Positions 1-10,038 of a stretch of DNA of 64,000 nucleotides are shown piece by piece. The stretch is from the NCBI GenBank assembly GCA_965248835.1, contig CBDFLJ010000002.1, forward strand, positions 1,312,001-1,376,000. Direction: 5' to 3'. The DNA comes from Alphaproteobacteria bacterium. Its GTDB lineage: Bacteria; Pseudomonadota; Alphaproteobacteria; MPNO01. The position numbers and the translations under genes are program-made. Positions within the stretch are counted from its first letter, which is position 1, and each line of letters starts with the position of its first letter. The notes under the pieces were generated by a model, which worked only from the letters and a program-made list of their open reading frames with translations, did not search any database and was not told the origin of the DNA.

Positions 1-595
1 CGGCCATCGCCCCGCCGAAGGCGACAGCCAGATAGCGGATGCCGATGACCGGATAGCCGATGGCATGCGCGGCATCGTGCGATTCCCCCACCGCGCGCAG
101 CACCAGTCCGCCACGGGTGTGATAGAGGAACCAGATCACGCCGCCGACCATGGCGAAGGACAGATAGACCAGGATGTCGTGGCCGAAGATCACCGGTCCG
201 ATGATCGGAATATCGCTGATGCCTGGTATGTCGAGCCTGTGCAGGGCACCGAGCGGCGTGCCGACATAGTCCTGGCCGATCAACGCGCTGAGCCCTATGC
301 CGAAGATGGTCAGCGCGAGTCCCGTCGCGACCTGGTTGGCGACCAGGCTCAGACTCAGCAGCCCGAACAGCAGCGACAGCACGGTCCCCGCCGCGGCCCC
401 GGCGAGGATACCGAGATAGAGGCTACCGGTTCCGGCCGCAGTGGCGAAAGCTGTCACCGCGCCTGCCAGCATCATCCCTTCGATGCCGAGGTTGAGGACA
501 CCGGCCTTCTCGGTGATCAGCTCGCCCAGCGCCGCGAACAGCAGCGGGGTCGCCGCGGCGATCATCGAGACCATGATGGCGGCCGCGGTATCCAT
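1..595 (-). CDS. ABC transporter permease 2 (nucleoside/purine, BMP-associated type); runs off the window start
   Basis: Manual translation from ATG at 595: MDTAAAIMVSMIAAATPLLFAALGELITEKAGVLNLGIEGMM, the typical motif of this permease family. Not in the ORF track because it is truncated. Confidence 0.88.
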   Translation of the reverse strand, partial: MDTAAAIMVSMIAAATPLLFAALGELITEKAGVLNLGIEGMMLAGAVTAFATAAGTGSLYLGILAGAAAGTVLSLLFGLLSLSLVANQVATGLALTIFGIGLSALIGQDYVGTPLGALHRLDIPGISDIPIIGPVIFGHDILVYLSFAMVGGVIWFLYHTRGGLVLRAVGESHDAAHAIGYPVIGIRYLAVAFGGAMA

Positions 596-596
596 C

Positions 597-1679
597 TCAG
601 GCCTTTGCCGCCTGCGCGGCCGGCCGGCCGAAGCGGATGCGGTAGCGGATCAGGACGTCACTCGCCAGCAGGAAGAACAGCAGCATGCCCTGGAAGACGC
701 CGGTCACCGCGAGCGGCAGCTTGAGCTCGATCTGGGCAAGCTCGCCGCCGATATAGCTGAGCGCGATCAGCAGCGCCGCAAACAGAATGCCGATCGGGTG
801 CAGGCGCCCGAGAAAGGCCACGATGATCGCGGTGAAGCCGTAGCCCGGCGACACGCTGGGCAAGAGTTGGCCGATCGGGCCGGCGACCTCGAAAACCCCG
901 GCGAGCCCGGCGAGCCCGCCGCTCATAAGCAAAGTCGTCCAGATCAGCCGGCGCTGCGAGAACCCGGCATAGCTCGCCGCCGCAGGCGACTGGCCGACCA
1001 CCTTGATCTGGAAACCGATGAAGGAGCGGCTGATCACCACCCAGCCGCCAAGGACGACCAGGAGCGCGATCGGGGCGCCGATGTTGAGCCTGGTCTCGTC
1101 GAGGATGATCGGCAGCAGCGACACGTCTTCGAACATGCGCGATTCGGGAAAGTTGAGTCCTTCGGGGTCGCGCCAAGGCCCATGGACCAGGAAGCTCAGG
1201 AACAGCGTTGCCACGTAGGTGAGCATCAGACTGGTCAGGATCTCGTTGGCGTTGTAGCGCACTCTGAGCCAGGCGGGGATCGCACCCCAGGCAAGCCCGC
1301 CCAGTGTTCCGGCGAGAACCATCGCCGGCAGGATCAGCACGCTGTCGCTGCCGTGGAAAGCAAGCGCCACTCCGCCGCCGCAGATCGCACCCAGGGTGAA
1401 CTGGCCCTCCGCGCCGATGTTCCAGACATTTGCCCGGAACCCCATGGCGAGGCCGATCGCGATCAGGGCAAGGGGCGTTGCCTTGACCACGAGCTCGGTC
1501 AGGCCGTAGAGGCTCGCGACCGGCTTGATGAAGAAGGTATAGAGCGAACGGCCGGGATCGAAGCCCAGGGCCGCGAACAGGATCACGCCCGCAACCAGCG
1601 TGAACGCCACCGCGATCACCGGCGTTGCCAGCAGCATCGCCGCCGAAGCGCCGCCGCGCGGCTCCAGCCTAGGCAGCAC
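597..1679 (-). CDS. ABC transporter permease 1 (nucleoside/purine type)
   Basis: Hydrophobic; motifs KATPL..WNIGAEGQ, NEILTSLML, GYGFTAIIVAFLGRLHP. Confidence 0.9.
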   Translation of the reverse strand: MLPRLEPRGGASAAMLLATPVIAVAFTLVAGVILFAALGFDPGRSLYTFFIKPVASLYGLTELVVKATPLALIAIGLAMGFRANVWNIGAEGQFTLGAICGGGVALAFHGSDSVLILPAMVLAGTLGGLAWGAIPAWLRVRYNANEILTSLMLTYVATLFLSFLVHGPWRDPEGLNFPESRMFEDVSLLPIILDETRLNIGAPIALLVVLGGWVVISRSFIGFQIKVVGQSPAAASYAGFSQRRLIWTTLLMSGGLAGLAGVFEVAGPIGQLLPSVSPGYGFTAIIVAFLGRLHPIGILFAALLIALSYIGGELAQIELKLPLAVTGVFQGMLLFFLLASDVLIRYRIRFGRPAAQAAKA

Positions 1680-3213
1680 GGTTCTCGATGATCTTGCCGT
1701 CCTCGTCGAACATGCCGCCCATCAGCAGACCCGCCTGCTCGACCGTCGTATCTTTGGTCGGCCGGCTGGCGGACAGCCTTCCCTCGCAGATCACCGCCAG
1801 GCGGTCGCTGATGGCGAACAGCTCGTCCAGGTCCTGTGAGACAACCAGGACTGCCGCCCCGCCCTTGGCGAGGTCGATCAGCGCCTGGTGGATCGCCGCG
1901 GCCGCTCCGGCATCGATCCCCCAGGTCGGGTGGGCGGCGATCAGGATCTCCGGCTGCTGCAAGATCTCCCGACCGATGATGAATTTCTGCAGGTTGCCGC
2001 CGGACAGGCTGCGCGCCTCGGCCGCCGGACCGGTGGTCATGACATTGTAGCCCTCTACGACGCCGGTGGCGAAGCTGCGGATCTTCGCCAGCTTGAGCAG
2101 GGCGTTCTGCAGCAGGCCCGCGCGGTCATAGGCGCTGAGGAGGCCGTTCTCGGCCAGCGACATCTCCGGCACCGTGCCCTGGCCGAGCCTTTCCTCGGGC
2201 ACGAAGCACAGCCCCATCGCACGGCGCTCGCGCGGACCCATCCGGCCGACCGGCTTGCCGTCGAGGCGGACGTTGCAGGCGTCCGGTGCCAGGGTCTCGC
2301 CGGCCAGAGCGGCCAGAAGCTCCGGCTGGCCGTTGCCGGCAACGCCTGCGATACCCAGGATCTCGCCGGCCCGGACGACGAGGCTGACGTTGCGGATCGG
2401 CGTGCCGAAGGGGTGCACGGAGACGAGGCTCAGGGCTTCGACCGCAAGCCTTTCCGCGCCAGCCTCCGGCCTCGGCCGGTGGGTGGGGGTGGGCAGCTCG
2501 GTCCCGATCATCATCTGGGCGAGGCTGCGCGCGGTCTCGATGCGCGGATCGCAGGTCGCGACCACCTTGCCGCCGCGCAGCACCGTCGCCTTCTCGCACA
2601 GCGCGCGGATTTCCTCCAGCTTATGGGAGATGTAGAGCACCGTGCAGCCTTCGCCGGCGAGCCTGCGCAGGGTCTCGAACAGGCGGTCCGCCTCCTGCGG
2701 GGTCAGGACCGAGGTCGGCTCGTCCATGATCAGCAGCCGCGGGTTCTGCAAGAGGCAGCGGACGATCTCGACCCGCTGGCGCTCGCCGACAGAGAGTGTA
2801 TGGACGTGGCGGCCGGGATCCAGCGCCAAGCCGTAGCGCCCGGAGACCTCGCCGATCCGCGTGGTCAGGTCGCGCATCGGCACCCGTTCATCGATGCCCA
2901 GCGCGATGTTCTCCGCGACCGTGAGCGAATCGAACAGCGAGAAATGCTGGAAAACCATGCCGATGCCCAGGCGCCGTGCCTGGGCCGGCGAGGCGATGAC
3001 GACCCGTGTGCCGTCCCAGTCCATCGTCCCCGTATCCGCGCGCAGCACGCCGTAGACGATCTTTACCAATGTCGATTTGCCGGCGCCGTTCTCGCCGAAG
3101 AGCGCGTGGATCTCACCCGGCATCAGGGTGAGCGAGATGTCATCGTTCGCGACCGTGCCCGGGAACGTCTTGCCGATCCCGCTCAGCGCGAGCCGTGGTG
3201 TTGCCTCGGCCAT
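1669..3213 (-). CDS. ABC transporter ATP-binding protein with tandem NBDs (CUT2/nucleoside type)
   Basis: Walker A GENGAGKST, LSVGERQRVEI, DEPT, and a second signature LSGGNLQK. Confidence 0.93.
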   Translation of the reverse strand: MAEATPRLALSGIGKTFPGTVANDDISLTLMPGEIHALFGENGAGKSTLVKIVYGVLRADTGTMDWDGTRVVIASPAQARRLGIGMVFQHFSLFDSLTVAENIALGIDERVPMRDLTTRIGEVSGRYGLALDPGRHVHTLSVGERQRVEIVRCLLQNPRLLIMDEPTSVLTPQEADRLFETLRRLAGEGCTVLYISHKLEEIRALCEKATVLRGGKVVATCDPRIETARSLAQMMIGTELPTPTHRPRPEAGAERLAVEALSLVSVHPFGTPIRNVSLVVRAGEILGIAGVAGNGQPELLAALAGETLAPDACNVRLDGKPVGRMGPRERRAMGLCFVPEERLGQGTVPEMSLAENGLLSAYDRAGLLQNALLKLAKIRSFATGVVEGYNVMTTGPAAEARSLSGGNLQKFIIGREILQQPEILIAAHPTWGIDAGAAAAIHQALIDLAKGGAAVLVVSQDLDELFAISDRLAVICEGRLSASRPTKDTTVEQAGLLMGGMFDEDGKIIENRAA

Positions 3214-3280
3214 GGGCGGGCCGTTCTCCCGTCAGATCCTCATCAGGCCCCGCGGGCTGCGGGCGGATTATCGCATAACC

Positions 3281-3814
3281 CTACACCGCTGCCCACGGCG
3301 GGCGAAGCTCCAGGATCCTGGCGTGCACCGGGCAGGTCCGGTCATGGGCGCCGGGCAAGTAGCCGGTGCTCATCAGAAACTCGCCGGTGATCTCCCCGCC
3401 AGTAAATTTGAAGGTCTTCTTGAAGAGCTTCACCCAGTCTTCCTTCGGCAGCGGATGCCGGGCGTCGAGCCAGCCGGCGAACGAGCCGTGCGCCTCGATC
3501 AGCGCGGCCAAGCGGCGCGCGTTCTCGATCACGGCATCGACCTTCAGCCGGTTGCGGATGATGCCGGCATCGGCCAGCAGCCGCGCCCGGTCCGCCTCGC
3601 CATAGGCGGCGACGGTGGCGACGTCAAAGCCCTCGAAGGCCCGGAAGAATGCGGCGCGCTTCTTGAGGATAGTGAGCCAGGAAAGCCCGGCCTGGTTGAT
3701 CTCCAGCGCGAAGCGCTCGAGCAGCACCGCATCGTCGCGGACGGGAAAGCCGTACTCGGTATCGTGGTAGGGTCCGTGAAACGGGTGGCCGGGGGCGATC
3801 TCGCAGTAGGACAT
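3281..3814 (-). CDS. tag: DNA-3-methyladenine glycosylase I
   Basis: YHDTEYG, LEINQAGLSWLTILKKR, GIIRNRLK, FKFTGGEI, C-terminal H..C. Confidence 0.93.
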   Translation of the reverse strand: MSYCEIAPGHPFHGPYHDTEYGFPVRDDAVLLERFALEINQAGLSWLTILKKRAAFFRAFEGFDVATVAAYGEADRARLLADAGIIRNRLKVDAVIENARRLAALIEAHGSFAGWLDARHPLPKEDWVKLFKKTFKFTGGEITGEFLMSTGYLPGAHDRTCPVHARILELRPPWAAV

Positions 3815-3906
3815 CTCGCTCAGCTCGGCCGAAAGGCGATCAGATCGTCGGCGATAGCGGCCGGAGTCACGAACCCGGAGGCCCTGTCCTCATGGCACAA
3901 CAGCGC

Positions 3907-5583
3907 TTAGATCCTGACCACATGGATGTCGGTGATCGGGCGCTTGCCGATTGCCTTGTGGACGGTCCGCCGGATGGCCCGGCGGGCGGCGTCCGCGACC
4001 GCCTGGTCGTCGCGGCTCGCGGCGTCGCTGAGCGCGTCGACCGCATCGATCACCGCATCGACCGCGTCGTCTTCCAGCCCGTCGTCGTCATCGGCCTCGA
4101 CCACGCCGTGCAGCGTCAGCCTGGGATCGTCGGTCAGCTCGCCGCGGGCGTTGATGAGCACGGTTGCCACCGCGCTTCCCGAGAAGCCGATCTGGTTGCG
4201 CGCGCGCAGCACCCCTCCGTCCATCGGCACCAGGCGAGTACCGTCGAGTGCGAGCCGGCCCGGCTCGATGCCGTCCTCGAGCCTCGTCGGGCCGGGGCAA
4301 AGCCTCACCAGGGTGCCGTTCTCGGCAACGACGGCTTCTTGTATGCCGGCCTGAAGCGCGAGCGCGACATGCTCCACCAGATGGCGGGTCTCGCCGTGGA
4401 TCGGGATCAATGCCCTGGGCCTGAGCCAGCCGTAAAGCGCCGTCAGTTCGTCGCGGCCGGGGTGGCCGGAGACGTGGACAAAGCGCGGGCCGTCGACGAT
4501 GACCTCGATCCCTTTACGCGCGAGCTGGTTCTGCACCCGGCCGATAGCGATCTCGTTGCCGGGGATCATGCGCGAGGAAAAGATCACCGTATCGCCCCGC
4601 CCCAGCGAGACCGCGGGGTGGTCGTTACCGGCTACCCGGGTCAACGCGGCGCGCGGCTCGCCTTGGCTGCCGGTGATGATAATCACGACCCGCTCCGGCG
4701 GCAGGTAGCCGGCGTCGTGCTCGGTGAGCAGCCGGGGGATATCTTGCAGATAGCCGGTCTCGCGCGCGGCCTCGACCATGCGCCAGAGCGAGCGGCCGAC
4801 CAGACAGGTCTGGCGATCGTTTGCCGCCGCAGCCCGCGCGATCGTGGCGATGCGCGCGATGTTGCTGGAAAAGCACGCGACCGCGACCCGGCCGGTGCAG
4901 CCGCCGATGACCTCCGCCAGGCTCGGGCCGAGCGCGGCTTCCGAGCCGGCACGTCCGTCGAGGAAAGCGTTGGTCGAATCGCACATCAAAGCCGCGACCC
5001 CTTCATCGCCGAGCGCCCGAAGCGCCGCCTCGTCGGTCGAGGAGCCCACAACCGGGCCTGGGTCGAGCTTCCAGTCGGTGGCGTGGACCAGCAGCCCCGC
5101 CGCACTGCGTATCGCGAGAATATGGCCCTCTGGGATCGAGTGGGCGGCAGCCACGAATTCCACCGAGAACGGACCCACATCGAAGGGCGTGCCGGGCGCG
5201 ATGACGTGCAGCGGGACTTCGGCAATCAACCCGGCATCGGTGAGCTTGCGGCGCAGCACCGCGGCCGCGAACGGCGAGGCATAGACGGGACAGCGCAGTC
5301 GGGGCCACAGGATCGCCACCGCGCCCAGATGGTCCTCGTGAGCATGGGTCAGAACGATCCCCGCGAGCGCGTCGCGTCGCCGGACGATGAAATCGGGATC
5401 GGCGACCATCACATCGACACCCGGCGCCTCGCTATCGCAGAAGCCGATGCCGAGGTCGACCATCATCCATCTTCCGTCGCTGCCGTAGAGGTTGAGATTC
5501 ATTCCGATCTCGCCCGAGCCGCCGAGCGGCAGGAACAGGATCTCGCCGGCCTTCGGGCGGAAGGGATCCTCGCCCGCGCTCAT
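3907..5583 (-). CDS. rnj: Ribonuclease J (metallo-beta-lactamase/beta-CASP)
   Basis: PLGGSGEIGMN, THAHEDH, HSIPE, GSQGEP, HVSGH, PIHGE. Confidence 0.95.
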   Translation of the reverse strand: MSAGEDPFRPKAGEILFLPLGGSGEIGMNLNLYGSDGRWMMVDLGIGFCDSEAPGVDVMVADPDFIVRRRDALAGIVLTHAHEDHLGAVAILWPRLRCPVYASPFAAAVLRRKLTDAGLIAEVPLHVIAPGTPFDVGPFSVEFVAAAHSIPEGHILAIRSAAGLLVHATDWKLDPGPVVGSSTDEAALRALGDEGVAALMCDSTNAFLDGRAGSEAALGPSLAEVIGGCTGRVAVACFSSNIARIATIARAAAANDRQTCLVGRSLWRMVEAARETGYLQDIPRLLTEHDAGYLPPERVVIIITGSQGEPRAALTRVAGNDHPAVSLGRGDTVIFSSRMIPGNEIAIGRVQNQLARKGIEVIVDGPRFVHVSGHPGRDELTALYGWLRPRALIPIHGETRHLVEHVALALQAGIQEAVVAENGTLVRLCPGPTRLEDGIEPGRLALDGTRLVPMDGGVLRARNQIGFSGSAVATVLINARGELTDDPRLTLHGVVEADDDDGLEDDAVDAVIDAVDALSDAASRDDQAVADAARRAIRRTVHKAIGKRPITDIHVVRI

Positions 5584-6353
5584 GGCTTTGTGTTCCGGCG
5601 ATGGATCGACGCGAGCCCGCGCAGGGTCATCTCCAGGTCCAAGGCATCGATTGCTTCGGTGCCCTCGGCGAACAGCGGCGCCAGCCCGCCGGTCGCGATC
5701 ACCTGCATCGGCTCCGCGAACTCCTCACGGATCCGCATGACCAAGCCTTCGATGAGTCCGATATAGCCCCAATAGACGCCCGAGAGCATCGCCGGCACGG
5801 TGCGCTTGCCGATGACCGTCTCGGGCCGGCGGACGGCCACGCGCGGAAGCTGGGCTGCGGCCATGTGGAGCGCATCGAGTGACAGGTTGATACCGGGAGC
5901 AATCGCCCCGCCGGCATAATTGCCCTCCCCATCGACGACGTCGAACGTGGTCGCGGTACCGAAGTCGATGACGATCAGCGGCCCGCCGAAGCGCTCGTGC
6001 GCGCCGACCGCGTTAACCAGCCGGTCGGCGCCGACCTCGGCCGGACTGTCGACCAGCGCGTCGATGCCAAGGTCGACCTCCGGCTCACCGATCACCAGCG
6101 GCTCGCAGCCGAAATAGATGCGGCACAGCATGCGCAGGCTGTAGAGGGCTTCCGGCACGACGGTCGCGATGATCGCCTCGTTGACGTCGGCGGCCCGGAA
6201 ATCGTGCAGCATCATGAGTTGGCTCAGCCACACGCCGTATTCGTCGGCGGTCCGCCGCGGGTCGTTGACACTGCGCCACACGCCGCGCTGTTCCTCGCCT
6301 TCGTAGAGAGCGAAGACGATGTTGGTGTTGCCTGAATCGATGGTCAGCAGCAT
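5580..6353 (-). CDS. coaX: Type III pantothenate kinase
   Basis: IDSGNT, VGADR, IDFGTATT, GGAIAPG, ATGG. Confidence 0.95.
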   Translation of the reverse strand: MLLTIDSGNTNIVFALYEGEEQRGVWRSVNDPRRTADEYGVWLSQLMMLHDFRAADVNEAIIATVVPEALYSLRMLCRIYFGCEPLVIGEPEVDLGIDALVDSPAEVGADRLVNAVGAHERFGGPLIVIDFGTATTFDVVDGEGNYAGGAIAPGINLSLDALHMAAAQLPRVAVRRPETVIGKRTVPAMLSGVYWGYIGLIEGLVMRIREEFAEPMQVIATGGLAPLFAEGTEAIDALDLEMTLRGLASIHRRNTKP

Positions 6354-7045
6354 GCCGGCTCTCCGAACAAGACCTCGCCGCCGGTGATCACGTGCGCGGT
6401 GCCGGAGCCGTCAACCAGGATCAGGCCGCCGTCCGCGTCGAGTCCGGCGAACCGGCCGGTCCGCCCGCCGGCGCCGAGGGGTGCATCGAGCCCCGCCGCG
6501 CGGTCGAGCCAGGCGGTGCGCACCGGTGCGAACCCCTCTTCGATCCAACGGCGATACCAGAGATCGAAGGCCTGGCACAGCGCTTCGGCGGCGGCGATTC
6601 GATCCAGCCGGCCGCCGAGATCGCCAGCCGTCGCGGCGAGCTCGTCCGGGGCCGCGATCAGGTTGACGCCGATGCCGATCGCGGCCGCGCCATGATCGGC
6701 CTCGATCAGGATTCCGGCAATCTTCCGGCCCGCAGACAAGATGTCGTTGGGCCATTTGAACATGATATCGGCGAAGTCGGCCAGGACCTCGCCCAGCGCG
6801 ACCGCAGCGACGAACGAAAGTTGCCCCGCCGTACGGGCGGCCGGGGGCCGCGCCAGAATGGTGATGAAGAGGTTGCCGGGGAGCGATGCCCAGGCACGGC
6901 CGCGCCGGCCGCGTCCGGCGCTCTGGGTCTCGGCAAGGATCACCGTGCCATGCGCAGCGCCGGCCGCGGCGCGGCGCAGCGCGATCGTGTTGGTGCTGTC
7001 GACCTCGGCGTGCCGCTCGAGCGTATATCCGTGCGGCAGGTCCAC
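6344..7045 (-). CDS. birA: Biotin--[acetyl-CoA carboxylase] ligase (no HTH domain)
   Basis: DSTN, QSAGRGRRGRAW, KWPND, KIAGIL. Start moved to GTG at 7045, just after the nuoN stop. Confidence 0.93.
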   Translation of the reverse strand: MDLPHGYTLERHAEVDSTNTIALRRAAAGAAHGTVILAETQSAGRGRRGRAWASLPGNLFITILARPPAARTAGQLSFVAAVALGEVLADFADIMFKWPNDILSAGRKIAGILIEADHGAAAIGIGVNLIAAPDELAATAGDLGGRLDRIAAAEALCQAFDLWYRRWIEEGFAPVRTAWLDRAAGLDAPLGAGGRTGRFAGLDADGGLILVDGSGTAHVITGGEVLFGEPACC

Positions 7046-7052
7046 CGGTTGC

Positions 7053-8495
7053 TCAGGGCAGAAACAGCACCGAGGCGGCGGCCCCGGCACTGTCGAGGAT
7101 GGGCGTCTGGAAGGCGACGAACAGAACGACGAACAGACAGGTCACTGTAAGGATCGTGCCGAGGTCCCGACCGATCGGGCGGTCGAAGGCTTCCGCCGGC
7201 TCGTCGAAATACATGATCTTGACGATCCGCAGGTAGTAGAAGGCCGCGACCACACTGGTCAACACCCCGATCACCACGAGCAGGTAGAGCCCGGCATCGA
7301 TCGCGGCAAGGAAGACGTAGAGCTTGCCGAAGAAACCCGCCAGCGGCGGGATGCCGGCCATCGAGAACATGAAGACCGCCAGGGCCAACGCCAGCAGGGG
7401 CGAGGTCCGGGACAGCCCGGCCAGATCCTCGATGTCCTCGAGCATGCGGCCCTGGTGGCGCATCGCCAGCACGCAGCAGAACGTGCCGACGTTCATCGCC
7501 AGATAGATCGTCATGTAGATCGCAACGCCGCGCACGCCCTCCGGCGTGCCGGCCGCAAGCCCGACCAGCGCGAAACCGACGTGACCGATGGAGCTGTAGG
7601 CCAGGAGCCGCTTGATGTTGGTCTGCCAGATCGCCGCCAGCGAGCCCAGCAACATCGACAGGATCGAGATGCAGATCACGATCTGCTGCCATTGCTGGAA
7701 CAGATCTGCGAAGGGGCCGACCATGGTGCGTATGAACAGCGCCATGGCGGCGATCTTGGGCGCCACGGCGAAGAAGGCGGTGACCGGCGTCGGCGCGCCC
7801 TCGTAGACATCGGGTGTCCACATGTGGAACGGGACCGCGGAGACCTTGAAGGCAAGACCGGCAATGACGAAGACCAGGCCGACGACGATGCCAATGCCCT
7901 GTGTGGCCGCCTCGCGGTTGAACAGCCCGGCCAGCGTCTCGAAGCTGGTTGAGCCGGCAAAACCGTAGACCATCGAGCAGCCGTAGAGCAGCATGCCTGA
8001 GGACAGCGCCCCGAGGACGAAATATTTCAGCCCGGCCTCGGTGGAGCGCGCCGAATCGCGGCGGAAGGCAGCGATGACATAGAGCGACAGGGACTGAAGC
8101 TCCAGCCCGACATAAAGCGAGATCAGGTCGTTGGCCGAGACCATCATCGCCATGCCCAGGGTGGCGAACAGGATCAGCACCGGATATTCGGGCCTGGCGA
8201 TGTCCTCACGCCGGTTGTAGTCGAGCGACATGATCAGCGCGAGCGCCGAGCCGATGAAGACCAGCCACTTCATGAAGTGTCCGAAGGAGTCGACGATGAA
8301 CTGATCGCCGAACAGGGTGGTGCGGATCTCCGTCGTTGCGGTGACTGCGACGCCGGCCAGGAGGATGACCGCGACGGCCGACCATGTGATTGCCCGAAAG
8401 GACCTCGGGCCCGAATAGACGCCGGCCATCAGAAGCGCCATCGCGCCCACCACCAGGATCAGCTCGGGCAGGATCAGGCTCATATCGGGCAGCAC
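7053..8495 (-). CDS. nuoN: NADH-quinone oxidoreductase subunit N
   Basis: [34 protein letters not shown]; operon position. Confidence 0.97.
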   Translation of the reverse strand: MLPDMSLILPELILVVGAMALLMAGVYSGPRSFRAITWSAVAVILLAGVAVTATTEIRTTLFGDQFIVDSFGHFMKWLVFIGSALALIMSLDYNRREDIARPEYPVLILFATLGMAMMVSANDLISLYVGLELQSLSLYVIAAFRRDSARSTEAGLKYFVLGALSSGMLLYGCSMVYGFAGSTSFETLAGLFNREAATQGIGIVVGLVFVIAGLAFKVSAVPFHMWTPDVYEGAPTPVTAFFAVAPKIAAMALFIRTMVGPFADLFQQWQQIVICISILSMLLGSLAAIWQTNIKRLLAYSSIGHVGFALVGLAAGTPEGVRGVAIYMTIYLAMNVGTFCCVLAMRHQGRMLEDIEDLAGLSRTSPLLALALAVFMFSMAGIPPLAGFFGKLYVFLAAIDAGLYLLVVIGVLTSVVAAFYYLRIVKIMYFDEPAEAFDRPIGRDLGTILTVTCLFVVLFVAFQTPILDSAGAAASVLFLP

Positions 8496-8511
8496 GTCTC
8501 CCTCCCCGCCC

Positions 8512-10026
8512 CTACCGGCCGGCTACCGCGGTATCGCTGATCGCGCGGAGCGCGACCTCGTGGTTGCGGACCAGTTGGCCTACCGATGCCTCCATCACAT
8601 CCAGGAACGGCTCCGGCCAAATGCCCATCCACAGCGTCGCCACGACCAGCGGCGCAAAGACCACGACCTCGCGCGGGCTGAGGTCGATCATCGACATCAG
8701 CTCCTGCTTGGTGAGCCTGCCGAAGATCACCCGGCGATAGAGGTAGAGCATGTAGGCGGCTCCGAGGATGATCCCGGTGGTCGCCAGCATCGCAACCCAG
8801 GTGTTGACCTGGAAGGCACCGACCAGGACCAGGAACTCGCCGATGAACCCGCTGGTCCCCGGCAGCCCGACCGAAGCCAGCACGAAGACCATGAAGACGA
8901 AGGCGTAGACCGGCATACGGTGGACCAGCCCGCCATAGCGCGCGATGTCGCGGGTGTGCAAGCGGTCGTAGACCACGCCGACGCACAGGAACAGGGCCGA
9001 AGAGATGATGCCGTGACTCAGCATCTGGACGATCGCGCCCTCGACGCCCTGGAAGGTGACGGTGAAGATGCCGATGGTGACAAACCCCATATGGGCGACC
9101 GAGGAATAGGCAATCAGCTTTTTCATGTCCTCCTGAGCCAGCGCCACCAGCGAGGTGTAGATGATTGCCACCACCGAAAGGGTGAAGACGAAGGGCGTGA
9201 AGAAATCGCTGGCGTAGGGCAGCATCGGCAGCGAGAAGCGCAGAAAGCCGTAGGCGCCCATCTTCAACAGCACCCCGGCCAGGATTACCGAGCCTGCGGT
9301 CGGCGCCTCGACATGGGCATCGGGCAGCCAGGTGTGCACCGGCCACATCGGGACCTTGACGGCGAAGCTGGCGAAGAAGGCGACCCATAGCCAGATTTGC
9401 AAGTCCGGATCGAACGTCTTGCCGAGCAGCGCGGTCACGTCGGTGGTCTGGGCATCGAAGTAGATCACCAGGATCGCGACCAGCATCAGCACAGAGCCGG
9501 TCAGCGTGAACAGAAAGAACTTGAACGCGGCGTAGACCCGGTTGCTGCCGCCCCACACCCCGATGATCAGGAACATCGGGATAAGGACGCCTTCGAAGAA
9601 GATGTAGAACAGGACGAAATCGAGCGCGCAGAACATCCCGACCATGAAGGTCTCGAGCAGCAGGAAGGCGATCATGTATTCCTTGACGCGGAGTTGAATC
9701 GCCTCCCAGCTCGCCAGGATGCATAGCGGCGTCAGGAAGGTGGACAGGATGACGAACAGCACCGAAATGCCGTCGACCCCCATGTGGTAGGAGATCCCCA
9801 TCGAGGGAATCCACGCGGCGCGCTCGACGAACTGGAAGCCGGGATTGGCGGTGTCGAAGTCGATCCACAGATAGAGCGACAGCACGAATGTGATCAGCGA
9901 GGTCCAAAGCGCCGTCATCCGTGCGTTACGCGCAACTGTCGGCGCATCGCCCCCGATCACCAGGATGAACAGCGCGCCGACCACCGGCAGGAACGTCACC
10001 AGGCTGAGGATGGGCCATTCGCTCAC
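8512..10026 (-). CDS. nuoM: NADH-quinone oxidoreductase subunit M
   Basis: [39 protein letters not shown]. Confidence 0.97.
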   Translation of the reverse strand: MSEWPILSLVTFLPVVGALFILVIGGDAPTVARNARMTALWTSLITFVLSLYLWIDFDTANPGFQFVERAAWIPSMGISYHMGVDGISVLFVILSTFLTPLCILASWEAIQLRVKEYMIAFLLLETFMVGMFCALDFVLFYIFFEGVLIPMFLIIGVWGGSNRVYAAFKFFLFTLTGSVLMLVAILVIYFDAQTTDVTALLGKTFDPDLQIWLWVAFFASFAVKVPMWPVHTWLPDAHVEAPTAGSVILAGVLLKMGAYGFLRFSLPMLPYASDFFTPFVFTLSVVAIIYTSLVALAQEDMKKLIAYSSVAHMGFVTIGIFTVTFQGVEGAIVQMLSHGIISSALFLCVGVVYDRLHTRDIARYGGLVHRMPVYAFVFMVFVLASVGLPGTSGFIGEFLVLVGAFQVNTWVAMLATTGIILGAAYMLYLYRRVIFGRLTKQELMSMIDLSPREVVVFAPLVVATLWMGIWPEPFLDVMEASVGQLVRNHEVALRAISDTAVAGR

Positions 10027-10038
10027 GCGCAGACGCTC

